A stretch of DNA of 64,000 bases from Macrostomum hystrix (GCA_950097015.1 CATNEN010000001.1:15128001-15192000); one strand, 5' to 3'; counted from the stretch's first letter, positions 18,905 through 31,699 are shown. The notes: a model not told the origin generated them from the letters alone. A program made the numbers and translations.

Positions 18905-21900
18905 TCAGACACTAGCACCGCCAGCCATGATTGCCCCTAAAGCAGCCGTGTGACCAATCTTGACAAACTGCACGTCCATTGAGTCCTGCAATTCGGAATT
19001 GTGATGCAACTAATTTAAAAAACATCCAAATTTACATGCAGGTCTCCCAGCTTCACCATCCCGGCTTGCTCACAATGGCCGTGAACAGTTTCCCGGTTTT
19101 AATTAGTTCCACTCTGGGACTCTCGTGATTGAAGAAGCCACCGCTGAACCGAAGGCAGCGGACATTGTTGAAACCCGCCAGCTGGGTGACTGTGTAGATC
19201 AGGTTGGACACGAAGGTGGCCACGAGGGAATGCGTCAGATCTTCAGGTCGGGTGTCCTCGACTGTGTGAACAATGATTCAGGAGTCAAATCAGAGTCATT
19301 CTGTTTCAGGCTAACAGTATGGAGTGTGGCATAGTGGACCAACGAGTTTGCCTCGCACCAAGGTCCCTGGGCTCGATTCCGCGGAGAGGCCGCATTCATT
19401 TGGGGCGCAGCCGCGGAGAGAAGGCTTGGGGGCTTGTCGTGCAATTAACGCCTTCGAGGGCCAACCTCCAAGTCACAGTGAGTGTACACTGCCTGAAGAT
19501 GAGAAAGTCAGGCCAGATGTACACCTGTGTGAGTGTGCCTAGGAGTGTGCGAAAGGGGAAAATTTGTCTCAGCACTGACTGCCAACAGCCCTCCTGAAAA
19601 TACTATCGCCGTTATTTTAGATAGATATAACTGATACCTAACGCAGTGGCTGTACTGCCCGTGTCACAGCCGCAGCCATTGTATGGCGCTTCCAAAGGCT
19701 GTCCATGGACAGTAGCCCAGCTAATGGTGGCATAAATGTTGGATGAATTGAAAATATATTGTACTAATAGGCTTGATTTGTCGATACTCTCAGGAGGAGT
19801 AGAAGGACGGGAAACTACGTTTCTTAGAAAAAAATTTGAAGGCTGGTTTTAGCGAAAAAAAATACGCTACGGAGATAAGAAAATTTCAAATTTTTCAATT
19901 TAAATGGTGACTGCGTTTGACTGGAAGCAGATACAAAGCTGTTCTTTTGATATACAAGTAGCTTGGCTAACATGTTGCTCTACCGAATGTTATAAAGTTT
20001 TGAACATGACAATTTGATCGTCATGCGATTTTCTTTACTTTCAAGGATCCAATTCACTGACAATGTTTTTGCAGTTATTGTTTCATACTAATTCTTAATG
20101 AGCTGTTGCTTTTTTACTAGAATTTTATTTATTTAGCTAAACGAAGCAGGTCTCGTGAAGAAGTTAATTAAAAAAACAAATTTATATACAAAAAAAATAA
20201 AATTCGCATTGCTGTCTATTGAAAGTTGGAAGAAATAGCTAATAATTATTAACAAAATAATTAATTAATACCTATTTGCAACAGGAGGAACAAGTAAAAG
20301 GTTAAGCTAATTCGACAAGTTTGTAGTGTACTATTTCGCTAAAACCAGCCTTCACTTTTTTCTAAGAAACCTAGTTTCACGTCCTTCTACTCCTAGTAAA
20401 ATCTCAGTTGGCCTTACACGCCACGTCGTGGTCAACCGCTTTGCCGAACGGAAACACTGGCAGAGACGGCGGCAGCCGTCCGTAAGGCGAGTTCGGAGTC
20501 CCGGCTAGCAGGTCGCGGACCTGCAGGTCGATGTTTGCCCGACGGCCCACAGCGGCCATGGACATTGCTGTGGAGTAGTCCTTAACTCCAGTGAGAAGCT
20601 GGGAGACGCCCAGGAAACTTTTTCCGGCCACGAAATGCGAATGCAGCTCAGTGCAATTGCCGTCCTCCTGAATCTTGACGGGGTCCAATTTTTGAGAACA
20701 ATTGCGGTGATTGAGCAAGATGAAAAAATTTCAGATAAGCCAAATTCGTCATTGCTTTACTTCACCAAGCTGTGTAAATTGGGTTCCTGCATGAGCTGGT
20801 GAACAGTGCCGCCTCCCCAGTCCATGGACTGAGCAAGGACCACTAGGACTGTAAACTACGATTCTTAGAAAAAGTTCTATAATGTGGCCCAACTGGGCTG
20901 TGTCATTTTTAACTAGCCAATATTTAAAACATTGCGTTTATTCGTTTTCTATTGAAAGGACGATTTATTGGACCATTCGCTAATTCGCTGATTCGCTAAC
21001 GAGGTTAATAATTATAAATAATATTAATAATAATAATAATTGCAGGAGGGCTGCGGGCAGTGGCACATCATTTAGTGACACTAGATCCGCAGCCAGCGAG
21101 GACGCAAATCGCTGACTCCTGAGCACACACGCACACAGAAGCACACGCTCACACATGTGTGTACATCTGCCCTGACTTTCTCATCGTCAGGCAGTGTACA
21201 CTCTCACTGCGCCTTGGAGGTTGGCCCTCAAAGGCGTAAATTGCACGACAAGCCCCCAAGCCTTCTCTCCGTGGCTGCGCCCCAAATGAATGTGGCCTCA
21301 CCGTGGAATCGAACTTAGGGACCTTGGTGCGAGAGGCAAACGCGTGAACCGCTCTGCCACCGACCACCTCGCCAAAGAGGTTTATACGGAGCAATGTTAG
21401 CTGTCCTTGTCACCAGGGTCTTCGACAAGAATCGCTGAATATCTCGACGATGCTGACGTCGGACGGCTTTGAAAGTTAGTTCATCGGAAAATTTAGATTC
21501 ATATGGTGGAGTTTTTACGAAAATCTGTCATTCGGTTTGGGAAGTAGGCAGTGGGTGTTTGAAATTCCCCGTGGTATTTATACCATTGCGGATCTTGTGC
21601 GCAGTGACTCACCAGGAAGACCCGGCAAGTCGAGCCAAACACCGTCAGAAGGCAGGGAAAACGGCTGCCACCTGAACTCATTAAGTCGACCTGGGCTTCG
21701 GAGAATTTCTTGAAAGTCTCGCCCATATCCATCCCTGCGAATTCTGCCGGGTCGATGCTGGGCAGCGGGTGGTAGATGGCCGACTCGGCGCAGTGACGTA
21801 GCAGGAATGCGAATCCCCGGCAGTCGCACGACATCTCGCTGACGACTTCAATACTAAATTTAATCATAAATAGAATATTGGATTTCTTAATCTGCAACTT

Positions 21901-23430
21901 CCGAATAGAAAATATAATAGAGCAGGTTACCCTTGCATAGAGCAGCGCGACTAAGTAACTAGGACTGAAAAAAACATGCTTTAATTAGGTCAGTCAACTT
22001 ACTCGGCTCCAAGGCGCTCTCTTAGTTGAGAGCAGATGGACGTGCTATTAGCTCCTGTAACCCGATATGTCCATGAAGCCTCTCTGTCGCCTGGGGCCTT
22101 TTTAAACTCGATCAGTTTGTCGGCCAAATAGCTCAGAATTGTTTCAGATTGCTTGCTTTCAAAGGTTACACAGTGAAGAGCCATGCTGCTGCTCACAGAT
22201 GGGTGAACTATCTTTGTTCTCTCCGTGCCTTTAACATCCAATTGAATGGGGAGATACGGGAACAATACTCAATGCAAACCTGTTAGACTCGGAAACAATA
22301 CTCAATGCAAACCTGTTAGACTCGGGAACAATACTCAATGCAAACTGTTAGACTCGGGAACAATACTCAATGCAAACCTGTTAGACTCGGGAACAATACT
22401 CAATGCAAACTGTTAGACATGGGAACAATACTCAATGCAAACTGTTAGACACGGGAACAATACTCAATGCAAACTGTTAGACTCGGGAACAATACTCAAT
22501 GCAAACTGTTAGACTCGGGAACAATACTGAATGCAAACTGTTAGACACGGGAACAATACTCAATGCAAACTGTTAGATTCGGGAACAATACTCAATGCAA
22601 ACTGTTAGACTCGGGAACAATACTCAGTGCAAACTGTTAGACACGGGAACAATACTCAATGCAAACTGTTAGATTCGGGAACAATACTCAGTGCAAACTG
22701 TTAGACTCGGGAACAATACTCAATGCAAACTGTTAGACTCGGGAACAATACTCAGTGCAAACTGTTAGACACGGGAACAATACTCAATGCAAACTGTTAG
22801 ATTCGGGAACAATACTCAGTGCAAACTGTTAGACTCGGGAACAATACTCAGTGCAAACTGTTAGACACGGGAACAATACTCAATGCAAACTGTTAGATTC
22901 GGGAACAATACTCAGTGCAAACTGTTAGACTCGGGAACAATACTCAATGCAAACTGTTAGACTCGGGAACAATACTCAATGCAAACTGTTAGACACGGGA
23001 ACAATACTCAATGCAAACTGTTAGACACGGGAACAATACTCAGTGCAAACTGTTAGACACGGGAACAATACTCAGTGCAAACTGTTAGACTCGGGAACAA
23101 TACTCAATGCAAACTGTTAGACTCGGAAACAATACTCAATGCAAACTGTTAGACACGGGAACAATACTCAATGCAAACTGTTAGACACGGGAACAATACT
23201 CAGTGCAAACTGTTAGACACGGGAACAATACTCAATGCAAACTGTTAGACACGGGAACAATACTCACTGCATTGAAAAATTGTATGACATGGGAACAATA
23301 ATTAGCGAAAAAGCTAATTTAAGTAAGAAAAAGTTTTCTTACCAAAATCAATTCCTATACAGTTTGGTATAATCGTATCCAACGCGTCAAATTCAATTGT
23401 GAAATTTTCGATCGGTGCTCGACAGTCCAT
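18905..23430 (-). CDS. Divergent type II pantothenate kinase (Fumble)-like protein; complement(join(18905..18985,19074..19261,20418..20673,21613..21853,22003..22228,23343..23430)), 359 aa
   Basis: Six exons (88+226+241+256+188+81=1080 nt) with GT-AG junctions and consistent phases. Collinear PanK-like blocks: GIDFG-TERTKIVH, LHCVTFES, VTGAN, SEMSC..RGF.FLL, FPCLLTVFGS, GKSFLGVSQLLTG...AMSMAA.G....IDLQVRDL, FGK, PEDLTHSL...VSNL, F.GGFF, GHTAALGAI. Confidence 0.85.
19321..19605 (+). mobile_element. SINE family A copy in PanK-like intron 4
   Basis: A box TGGCATAGTGG, B-box-like GCTCGATTCC, shared body. Confidence 0.85.
19795..20394. mobile_element. MITE / non-autonomous DNA transposon, 600 bp, ~38-bp TIRs plus subterminal inverted repeats
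   Basis: AGGAGTAGAAGGACGGGAAACTACGTTTCTTAGAAAAA vs TTTTTCTAAGAAACCTAGTTTCACGTCCTTCTACTCCT (2 mismatches); inner AAGGCTGGTTTTAGCGAAA / TTTCGCTAAAACCAGCCTT; no clear TSD. Confidence 0.8.
21030..21367 (-). mobile_element. SINE family A copy in PanK-like intron 3
   Basis: Reverse complement of the 11975 copy, with B box GTTCGATTCC and (ATT)n tail. Confidence 0.85.
22257..23270. repeat. Minisatellite, 32-bp unit (CGGGAACAATACTCAATGCAAACTGTTAGAC(T/A)), ~32 copies, filling PanK-like intron 1
   Basis: Directly visible; head-to-tail units with no spacers. Confidence 0.95.
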
Positions 23431-26400
23431 TTGAGTAGCAAACAATTAGCAAATTTACAAATTATTAAACGCTCCTGCAGCAGTGAAATCAGCCAGAATT
23501 TTGTCAAAGTCTCAGCGCAGGCCTGTCTTAAATGGCGATTTTGTGTCATTTTGTGTAGCTTGCGCAGTTGGGAACATTGTTCGAGTTTTAGAATTTAGAT
23601 AAGATTAGATTGCTTTTAGCTTATTCAATTATATTTTTAAGGCCTATGTGAGAATTCTGCAGTCTCCTATTTGACCTCGGCGCTTGAAAGCGCCGATAAT
23701 TAAAATTTTAGCTATTTAAATTTATTTGATAAGAAACAGAAACGTGAATTTCTATGATTTACCAAAAAGTAAGCAAAGTTCATCATATTTCTACTTACTT
23801 AAGTAGAGAGATTAAAACATCGCGCATATTTCAGATTTTTAGGTTTTCGTTTTTCAAGTAAATTTAACAGTCAATTTGATTCTCAATTCTAAAATTGCTT
23901 ATAGATAGCGGAAATCCGTATGAATATAGCGAGGCAAAAGGACCAAATTAGCTTAAAAAAGAGAGTATAAAAATAGTTTAGTGACATATTAGTATGATAT
24001 TAATTATTAATATAAAATTTATGTAAGTTTGTTAAGAAGTTTTTTTGTAGAAACCTCAAGTGAAAACAAAGTAAAAAAAGTTGTAAATTGTCTAGTAAAA
24101 CGGCCCATTTAAGGCATACCTGAATCGCATCTATCGGCTTAGTCAGGAACTTTGGCTTAGGAAACGACTTCTAAAAGCACGAGATGTGAACCTAAATATT
24201 AAACGAACAGATAATGGATTTTTTATGAAGACAGTTTACATCATGCGTCGGTAATGACCAATGAATTGTATAAAAGCAAGACTATTATTGGCAAATTTAT
24301 TTATCATTTGTTGACGCGGGGTTTAAAATGCCGTTTCTTACCGATGTTAGGTAATTTGCTTGGGAGACCCAAATTTAATGCTGCTGCTGTTGAGGCTGGT
24401 CGTGTTTGTAACTTTAAATAGCATAAAAAAGAAACATTAAAGTCTTAAAATCACTGCAGTTAATAATAATAATACACTACCCAATAAAATAAATACATCT
24501 ATGTTAATGATGTCACTTCCAAGTTCCATACTTTAATTTTACATTATATTTTCTTTAGAATTGATGGCATATTAGGTAGCTGGTAACCCTAATTCTTCTT
24601 GCTTCCAGTGGATGCATTTCTTGTCGACGAAAACTTTTCTGTTATGCCTACTGTTAAGTAGACCATTACGCACATTTTTCTTGAAATTCTTTCAAAACAG
24701 GCATCGTGGCAAATAAGAATCTTTGATGATATTAAAATATCGATCGTGCCGATTTTATCTGCTCTGCGCTGTATTTAATGCCACACAGATGCGTCATCCC
24801 TCTGCGTCTTATGCATTTTGATTCCGTGTGTTTTATTCACTTTACCGCGGCTATTTCATCGCTGGGTAAGTCTGCGCATGAAGATATAACTCATTTAAAA
24901 ATAATTAAACTTAAAATATTCATTTACTTGGACTTCGAGTTCAAGATTATACACATTTTACAGAAAACAAATAGTGTCCATGGATATTTTCCAATGGCTA
25001 CTAGCAAATCGTTCCTGATTGGCCAAGCATTAGCACATAAAGTATCAACAAAGAGTCATTGTATTTGTTTTGCTATCATAAAGCCTTGCCTCAAAGTATC
25101 ATAAAGCCTTGCATAGTTATAACTATTAAAACTTTAGCTTGTAGTAGTAATTATATAAGTGCTTATCACTTAATTCCTTCTTTGTGGTTGTGTTTTGCTT
25201 GACACGAACGGCCCTTCTGACACATACATTTTGCCTCTAATTCATACTTAAATTTATTGGTATCCCTATTAAGGGCCGTTTTAACTACTCTTCACGCACC
25301 CTATGGCCTACCGTCTAGAACGCAACGAGCGTAAAAATATCGTTCGTCTAGACTAAGCTAGTAATGACGTCGGTGACTTATTACGGGATGAGTGAGCCGT
25401 GATGCATATCAAAGTATACAGCGAGTGCTTCAAAGCTTAACCAATAGGCCTACGTATCCGATATGTATCGAAAGGTATGTCTTTCTCACTAGCTAATATA
25501 TAATACTCACACTCTCTTACTAAGGAGATAAAGGCTGTGAGGGCGATTGTCGATAAAGCCCGGATGGCGATTCTCAATGAGGCTAGGATGCTTCGATTGT
25601 CTGAGATTCAAGTGCAATTTCTACCGACCAAGAAACAAGGAGTGAACTGAAGACTTAAATGAACAGATTTAAAAGAAAAGACTGAAAAGCGCAGTCTTTA
25701 GAAACATACAGAAACAAAGTTCTGTAACAGTTGGTAGATCGTTTTGTGGCAATTTGGAATTTGGAATAGAGTTTTTGCATTTCCGAAGTTAGACATGAAA
25801 CTCTACGAGCACAACTTTTTGTTCGACTTTGACCTGTGGAAGCACCAAGTTCTCTAAGCCAATATATTTTTTGAGTGGCAACTGACCTTAAAGCGCCCAG
25901 CGTATCTTCTTCAAGAGAGGCGTGACCCGAAATTGATTCCATATGCCATTGCTGGCCTAAGAGCAGAATCTGCTCATCCGATACGTCAAAGCGAGTGTCA
26001 ATACAACCAGAATTTTTTATGACAGCCACTTCGCGCATTAGAGCTTAAATTTCGTTTTTAATTGCCGTAAGGGTAGTTGCAATCAATTTCAACCTTTGCA
26101 AACTATACTCACATGTGCATTTAAAAGTTGTTAAGCATTGAAGCTGTGTAAAATATGGGATATAGACAATTTCCTCCGATCATTCCGCATGTACTTTAAA
26201 AACTATCCATACGGTCTTCAGGCAGCCCAGGCTCGTTCAGAATGCTCACCGTCACACAAGCCAGCTCCCGGAGTAACGCGTACAGATTAATTCAGCTGAC
26301 AGCTAGTTTTATGTCCAAGGACGTGAAACGCATTAACAGCACACATGCTACGGACATCAGCCCCGGACTGTGCAGCGATAGACTTGACCCGATTGGAGAC

Positions 26401-26740
26401 ACGACAACCTGAAATGGAAACGATTTCTAATATATTCGAGCAAGAAAACGTTTTATGCACTTTCAATATTTTTTTGGAAACTGTTAAAAAAATATTTTGC
26501 ACGAAGTATGAATTATAATGATATGATCTAAACTGTACGAATGTTAAATCGGATTACTCAACAACATCATAAATAAACAGTATATTCTTTGACACTGGCG
26601 TCGTTTTTAAATAATGAAGCAGGCATTGCTCTGAATAGCAAAGACGCACTCCTGGAGTATATATAATACGCCCTGTCACAAGACTATTGTGTCTGCAGAA
26701 CAGACCAAAGAATCCATAGACGTCCATAGGGATCCATAGG

Positions 26741-26900
26741 GATCGGCGTCGGCGTCGGCGTCGGTGGGATCGGCGTCGGCGTCAGCGGGATCGGCGTCGG
26801 CGTCGGCGTCGGCGGGATCGGCGACGGCGTCGGTGGGATTGGCGTCGGCGTCGGCGGGAGCAACGTCGGCGTCGGCGGGAGCAGCGTCGGCGTCGGCGGG
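26741..26900. repeat. GC-rich low-complexity repeat (CGGCGT)n with GGGAT interruptions
   Basis: Directly visible. Confidence 0.9.
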
Positions 26901-27093
26901 AGCGGCGTTCCTGGGACCACGGAGTTCCTCCGACGCCGAGGACACAGCCAAGGCCGCCACTTCGGCAGCAGCCTTCGCCAAATACAGTAATATACACAGT
27001 AGTAAAAAGCATAGGGGACTCGGCCGGGCTCTTTTGCTGCATAAGAATCGCTATATAAAAAACCATAGACTGCACAGCCGGGCTGAATTGCCA

Positions 27094-28086
27094 CTATTGC
27101 AATTTCAATAGAGAGACTGAGTGCGAGCGAGGAAAATATGTTTCATCGATGCCGAAAAAGGAAAAGCACAGGTCGTAAGCGAGCGCCACAAGACCCTGCG
27201 ACTTGTCGTACTTACCAATGTCGGCTTCGAGTTTCTCCAAGAACTCGAGAACAGACGGCGGAGCAGTCTCCGAGAGTTTTTCCGCAAACTCCTGAGCGGA
27301 CACATCGGTGAAAAGATGGACGCCGTCACGAAGGCAGGCAAGTAGTCTCTTCTTGACAATGCGAAGGAGTGGACAAAATATAGCGTTAACAGCCTTGCGG
27401 TGATGCACGATGGTCTGCAAGGCTTGATAAGTGAACGCCGCGTCGTCGTTAAGTGTCGGTTTCGGCTTCTTCTTGATCATGTACGAATACAAGTTGAGAG
27501 CCGTCTCGTGAAACGGAGCGTTGGCATCAATGACCTCAACGACCTTGGCAGGCAGACCCTGCAGCCACTCGTTAATGTCGGTGGCGGACAGCTGAATCGG
27601 CTCGCTGTTGTGCAGAAGTACCTTCTTCGGGTCGAGGCACTTACTGACCATAGCGTCGAACATGTCCTTGGCGAGAGATTTCGGATCCACGAACCCGGCC
27701 ATGTCGGGCACGTTCCTGTTGCGCTTAGCGAGCGCGATCATAGACTCACGACCAGAAAAGTTTCGATTGTGCGGCATCTGAGTAGAAAGCACAGGCCTCA
27801 TGGCCTCATACTGCGAAGCACGAGAGTTCATCTTGAGCGGATTGAAAGAGAAGTCATCCACACCGATCTCCAAGTCGGTGTTGTGGACTAACCACTCATC
27901 ATGCGCTTGGCAGGCGCGCGAACTCAATGGAAAGGCCGAGTCGACGACGTGCTGCACATAGTCGGCGCCGAGGGTCTGGTCTCCATGGACGTCGACCTTC
28001 TCGAGCTTGATAGGTTCGGCCTCGAGCGCGACCATTTGATAACCCTGAAAGGACAAAAGACCCGCGTTGGCAAGGACGGTCTCAAC
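27094..28086 (-). other. Endogenous viral element: N-terminal part of an alpha-like (Martellivirales; Virgaviridae/negevirus-like) RNA-dependent RNA polymerase
   Basis: Stop-free ORF with PVLST.MP, ES..ALAKRN.NVP, YSYMIKKKPKP.L, Y.ALQTIVHH.K.VNAIFCP, and motif A LEADIGKYDKSQ, typical of tobamo-like RdRP_2; ends before motifs B and C (no GDD). Confidence 0.88.
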
Positions 28087-28509
28087 CTAGCCAGCCAACT
28101 CCCCACCTAGCCAGCCAACTCCCCCACAGCTAGCAACTCCCCACCTTGGATCAAGTCGCCAGTACTTCATAAATGCACAGTTGCTCTAATGACCAAGTCG
28201 CATGACCAGACTTACCTAGGCCCCTGAGCCTCACCTACACTCACTGCAGCTGAAATAAAATAAATGAACAGTTGAAGACCAAAACATGCTCTACCAGAGC
28301 CCTTCTTAGAATGGAGGGGAGAATATTTATTTGCGCCTCAATGCACGAAAACACGACCGACAAAATTGAAAACAATATTTTATCGAGCACAAGACACGCA
28401 GCTATTTGCACTTTTTGCAATTGCACTTGCACTTTTTGCATCGGCATATTCAGCTGTTCCAATGCAGCATCCTACAGCCCACACAACTTGTACGTATCAC
28501 CATATCACA

Positions 28510-28648
28510 CTCATCACTAAATGCTCATCACTAAATGCTCATTGCTAAATGCTCATCACTAAATGCTCATTGCTAAACACTCATTGCTAAATGCTCATCG
28601 CTAAACACTCATTGCTAAATGCTCATCACTAAATGCTCATTGCTAAAC
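28510..28648. repeat. 15-bp tandem repeat (CTAAATGCTCAT(T/C)(G/A))
   Basis: Directly visible. Confidence 0.85.
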
Positions 28649-29657
28649 CAAGGACTACTTAAGTAGAAGGACGCTGCACTCCCGAATGGTGTAGATTTTT
28701 TTGAAGGCCATTTTTCAAAATGCTGTTATTTTTAAATGGTTGCATGTAGAGGTCTAGTTTTTTCACGGGGTTGCTCAGAATTTATTCCTCTTTTAGATGA
28801 GTGAACAGTTTCGGCTGCAACTACATGTATTCGCGAGAAATGTACAGCAAGGTACTGTTACCCCCTTCTTTATTATAGAACAATAAAGCTAGGATATTTA
28901 AAGGATAATTCCGACAATTGAGCTAATGTAATCCAATTAAAATGAGATGAGATTAACAAAGAACGAAGCCCGTCAGTCTGTACTTTTCAAAAGCCATCCC
29001 TGATCTTTTCAACAATAAAATAACAAAGAGCAAAAGCAGAGAAACTGGCACAATGCCAGTGCTGATAACAATCGATGTATCGTTGTTGGACTGGAAACAA
29101 AAAATGTTGAACTGAACTGGTTGCTTGTTGCACAGCAGCTCATTGTACTTTAATCTCAATTGATAGCTACAGTAAGGCAAATATGTATGTAAGGCTGCAA
29201 ATATAAGACTGTGTATAGTGTATAGTGTATAGAAACTGTGGCAACTATTGGGTAGGCAACAGCAGTAAAATGCAGAAACCAACTTATGAAAGCAGCAACA
29301 AATGTTTAAACCAACGTATGAAAGCAGCAACAGATGCATAAACCAACTTATGAAAGCATAAGCATATTCAATGACGTGAATGTGAATTGGGTCTGTATAA
29401 AACATGGACAACCATGGACTATGGGTCAAATTACATGCTCAATCAATTAACAATGTTCGCTTCAATTCTACGAGCTATGTTGCCTCCGATTTTGGCTTAT
29501 TGCATTTTTGGTTGGATATTTCGATATTTTCCAGTGTCCACTTCGTTTGTTTAAATTAGAGGTGTCTAAGTGTACAATGGGTGTTCAAGTTTTATACGAA
29601 CTCGGTGTGTTGATAGAATGTCACGGATTTCTCAAAAAGCGTACTAACAGCTCATAA

Positions 29658-31699
29658 CTAACTTGATGCTAACTTTCGCAGACGCCGTCCACTGCCGGGC
29701 GTCTCTCGTACATGGTCCGAATCACGACGCACGAGTCCTTTAAAAAATGTGTTAGCTAACCTCCTGGAAATGCGGCTAACCTGAGCTGGATCTGAAACAG
29801 TTACATCCATGAAAGCTTTAAAAACGTTAATAAAAGATCGGACACAATAGTTGACGCAGTGGATCTTGACAGAGGAGAAAAAAGCATAGCACAGGCTGGA
29901 GAAAACTAAAAGCCACTCTGGCGGGTGCCGGAGCTTGCCACGAGATAGCAGCGATGTAAATTCGCTACCGCCAGGAAACTCAGTTGCAAATGCTTCAAAA
30001 ACTTCTGGAAGATGCTCTTTAGCAGCAACGTAACCGGAAATATAGTACAAAGAAGCATTCTCCTCATCTGTATTGTGGCTGATCTTGTCTTGAAGCTGAT
30101 CAAACACCTCTAGATCAGAGTCCTTCATCCCATCGGAACAGCATGTCGCCGGCTCATGAGCCTCAAAGCTGTTCTGAAGCGCTCCGTACAATTTCATTCG
30201 GTGCAGCCGAGCACTGGCCATAACTTGCTCGACTGTTATGTAGTAACACCCGCCGTGGCCCTGGCGGTAGAGAGCGAACTCGGCCTCCAATCTGTCTGAT
30301 TGCAGTACACCTTAAAGACAATTTCGTGACCCATTAGATAGCCGTGACCTGCATCCCCACAATTCATTAAATTCATTCCCTAGCAACAATTATTCAAAAA
30401 CTGATTGCTGCATGTAAATAATGCAAAGAACTCACCAAGAAGAACGTAAGAAAATCGATGGTTGGTTAGAAGGTGTCTGCTGAGGCCCACCAGACCTCTT
30501 GTTGTCTGGATTAAAGCGTTGCGCGTCTCTGTGGTGAGCGACCGACCGCGTCCCGCACCTCGTCCACCCGGCATGCGCTCCACCAGTGCGGAGAAATTAA
30601 GTAAATGTGTCAAGCTGCTAGATTCTTCCGACGTAATTGGAGCCCTAAGTTTGTCATTCAAGGCAACGTGTGATTCTGGTGATTTAACATTAACTATTTT
30701 CCAAAAGGTGACCACATGGTCCACAAAGTCGGCTGAGTCATGGCGACCGTTAACACGAAGTGCGGCAACCGTCTTCTCGTTGAAGATGTCGACAACTAGT
30801 GACACCTTTTGTCGCTCCAGTGGAGACGGATTGCACGCGACAGAGTTGACTGAAGTCGGGCGAACTACTTGTCCACGGGATCGCTCCTCGATTTCAACAA
30901 TATCATTCCAGCGTGCTCGGCAAACACGTTCCTGCTTATCTGCTGATGGGTGAAAATCGATCTCCTTGTGCGCTTGAGTGAACCAATTATTTCTTATATT
31001 CTTAAACAAATGCACTGTGTCAAACAACAGAAACAATGGTTTCTCTGCGTCTGCAGGGTTTTCGGCAAGCCATGGTGTGTTTGTGTCGCAATGAAACAGT
31101 TTGAAACAGTTCTGGTTAGTGAAGTGATTATCGCAAATCAAGCTCACAACTGTACCACCACAGCCGTGGACAATTTCAATAAGTCGTACAACCTGTCTGT
31201 GTAAAAAAGCAGGCTGTAAACTATAGATTGGCACAAGTCTGGCAACAAACGCAGGTGCGCCCATAAATGGTTTTACCATAATGGCGAGAATAGTCCGAGC
31301 AAGCTTCTGTGGAACATCCTCAGCAAAGCCAACTACATGGACACCTTTGAGACGAAGTGAAGGTTGCACATACACTTCATCAAAGATGATTGAGCACAGG
31401 CACTGAGACGGTGTGTTGTGTTCGAAATTCGACTTGACAATTTGCTGACAGTCGGTGTCGGTTCCAATGCTGCCAAGTCCACCCAGATGACGTTTGAGAG
31501 TGTCTGGATGTGGTAGACAGGCGAACTCTCTCATTGCACGATAGCCAGCACGACTGGTGAAGTACATTCTGGCAGCTGTCATTATATCATTTGCAGCATA
31601 CCGTACGCCATGATGCTGAACAACACTCAGTTGCAGCTGTCGAACATGTCGAGCAGCAGCTGTGTTGCTGCTGCAGTCCACCTGCAGCTCCACCAAATG
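29658..31699 (-). mobile_element. P-element superfamily (THAP9-like) transposase; complement(join(29658..30310,30436..31699)), 5' exons unresolved
   Basis: HTH region with CLPHPDTL; catalytic IIFDEVYV, LICDN...NQ, FDTVHLFKNIRNNW; ERQKV.L...IF; spliced LG|VLQSDRLE.EF..YRQ..GG.YYI (phase-1 GT-AG intron 30311-30435). Confidence 0.85.

Noticed and set aside
22257-23270. CRISPR array (32-bp repeats; also the 37-bp and 52-bp arrays)
   Set aside because: Units are head-to-tail with no unique spacers, there are no cas genes, and the context is eukaryotic and intronic
24094-25290. TIR element bounded by AAAACGGCCC / GGGCCGTTTT (related motif at 937-955)
   Set aside because: Match is short and orientation ambiguous (may be ends of separate Kolobok-like copies); boundaries cannot be supported
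26676-27111. Ala/Asp/Pro-rich ORFs next to the EVE as viral or host protein
   Set aside because: Open in several frames only because of the (CGGCGT)n repeat; no recognisable domain
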